Under the pieces are notes generated by a model. That model was not told where the DNA came from, ran no database searches, and saw only the letters and a program-made list of their open reading frames with translations. From Octopus bimaculoides (taxonomy: Eukaryota): a stretch of DNA of 50,404 nt. Numbering within the stretch: position 1 is the stretch's first letter; each line of letters starts with the position of its first letter. The translations under genes and the position numbers were made by a program. The stretch lies in contig NC_069000.1 in the NCBI RefSeq assembly GCF_001194135.2, positions 3,951,179-4,001,582 on the forward strand, given 5' to 3'. Of this stretch, positions 50,039 through 50,404 are shown in pieces.

Positions 50039-50366
50039 GTAAGAAAGAAGATAATGTTGATTTTCTTCATTTGAGCGAAAACACTCACGCAAACACACAC
50101 ACACACATAGAGGCATATACACGCGCCTGCGTGGACACGTATATGTATACGAACACACATACATATATGCATATGAATACAAACACACACACAAGTATGT
50201 ATATGTACGTGCAAAAACGCACGTTTAAGTTCCCATGTACACACAATTTCCTCCCTTTAATTCCATTTTCCACACTTACAAGAGCATCACAGATTATCGC
50301 TAAACACCTGCGAACGGCTGTTCTTCGCCCTATAGCACTGATACACATACACAAACACACACACAC

Positions 50367-50404
<38 letters not shown>

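Overview
Eukaryotic, gene-poor, repeat-saturated genomic DNA from a gappy draft assembly: 16 N-gaps totalling about 5.3 kb, most flanked by (TA)n. The tRNA-derived SINE families and the extreme (TA)/(CA)/(TACA)/(GATA)/(ATT) microsatellite density look like an octopus (coleoid cephalopod) genome; this is pattern recognition, not a database result. There is no prokaryotic operon, CRISPR array, rRNA or intact tRNA gene, and nearly all long ORFs in the track are artefacts of N-runs or microsatellites. Supported features are about 25 SINE copies (my labels A, B, C), decayed LINE fragments (RTE x2, CR1/L2-like, R4/Dong-like), a Tc1/mariner transposase remnant, a mariner-derived MITE with TIRs and TA TSD, and two near-identical Penelope-like terminal-repeat pieces with a minimal hammerhead-like motif. 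There is also a ~290-bp foldback element and a degenerate ~50-bp minisatellite. The best candidate host-gene sequences are on the + strand: a signal-peptide-like exon at ~37.0 kb and phase-compatible exons at 49470-49660 and 50014-50038. I cannot assign them to a known gene. I found no convincing novel multi-gene system; the most interesting leads are the hammerhead variant, the long hairpin, the SINE dimer/foldback biology and the possible secreted Cys-containing protein.
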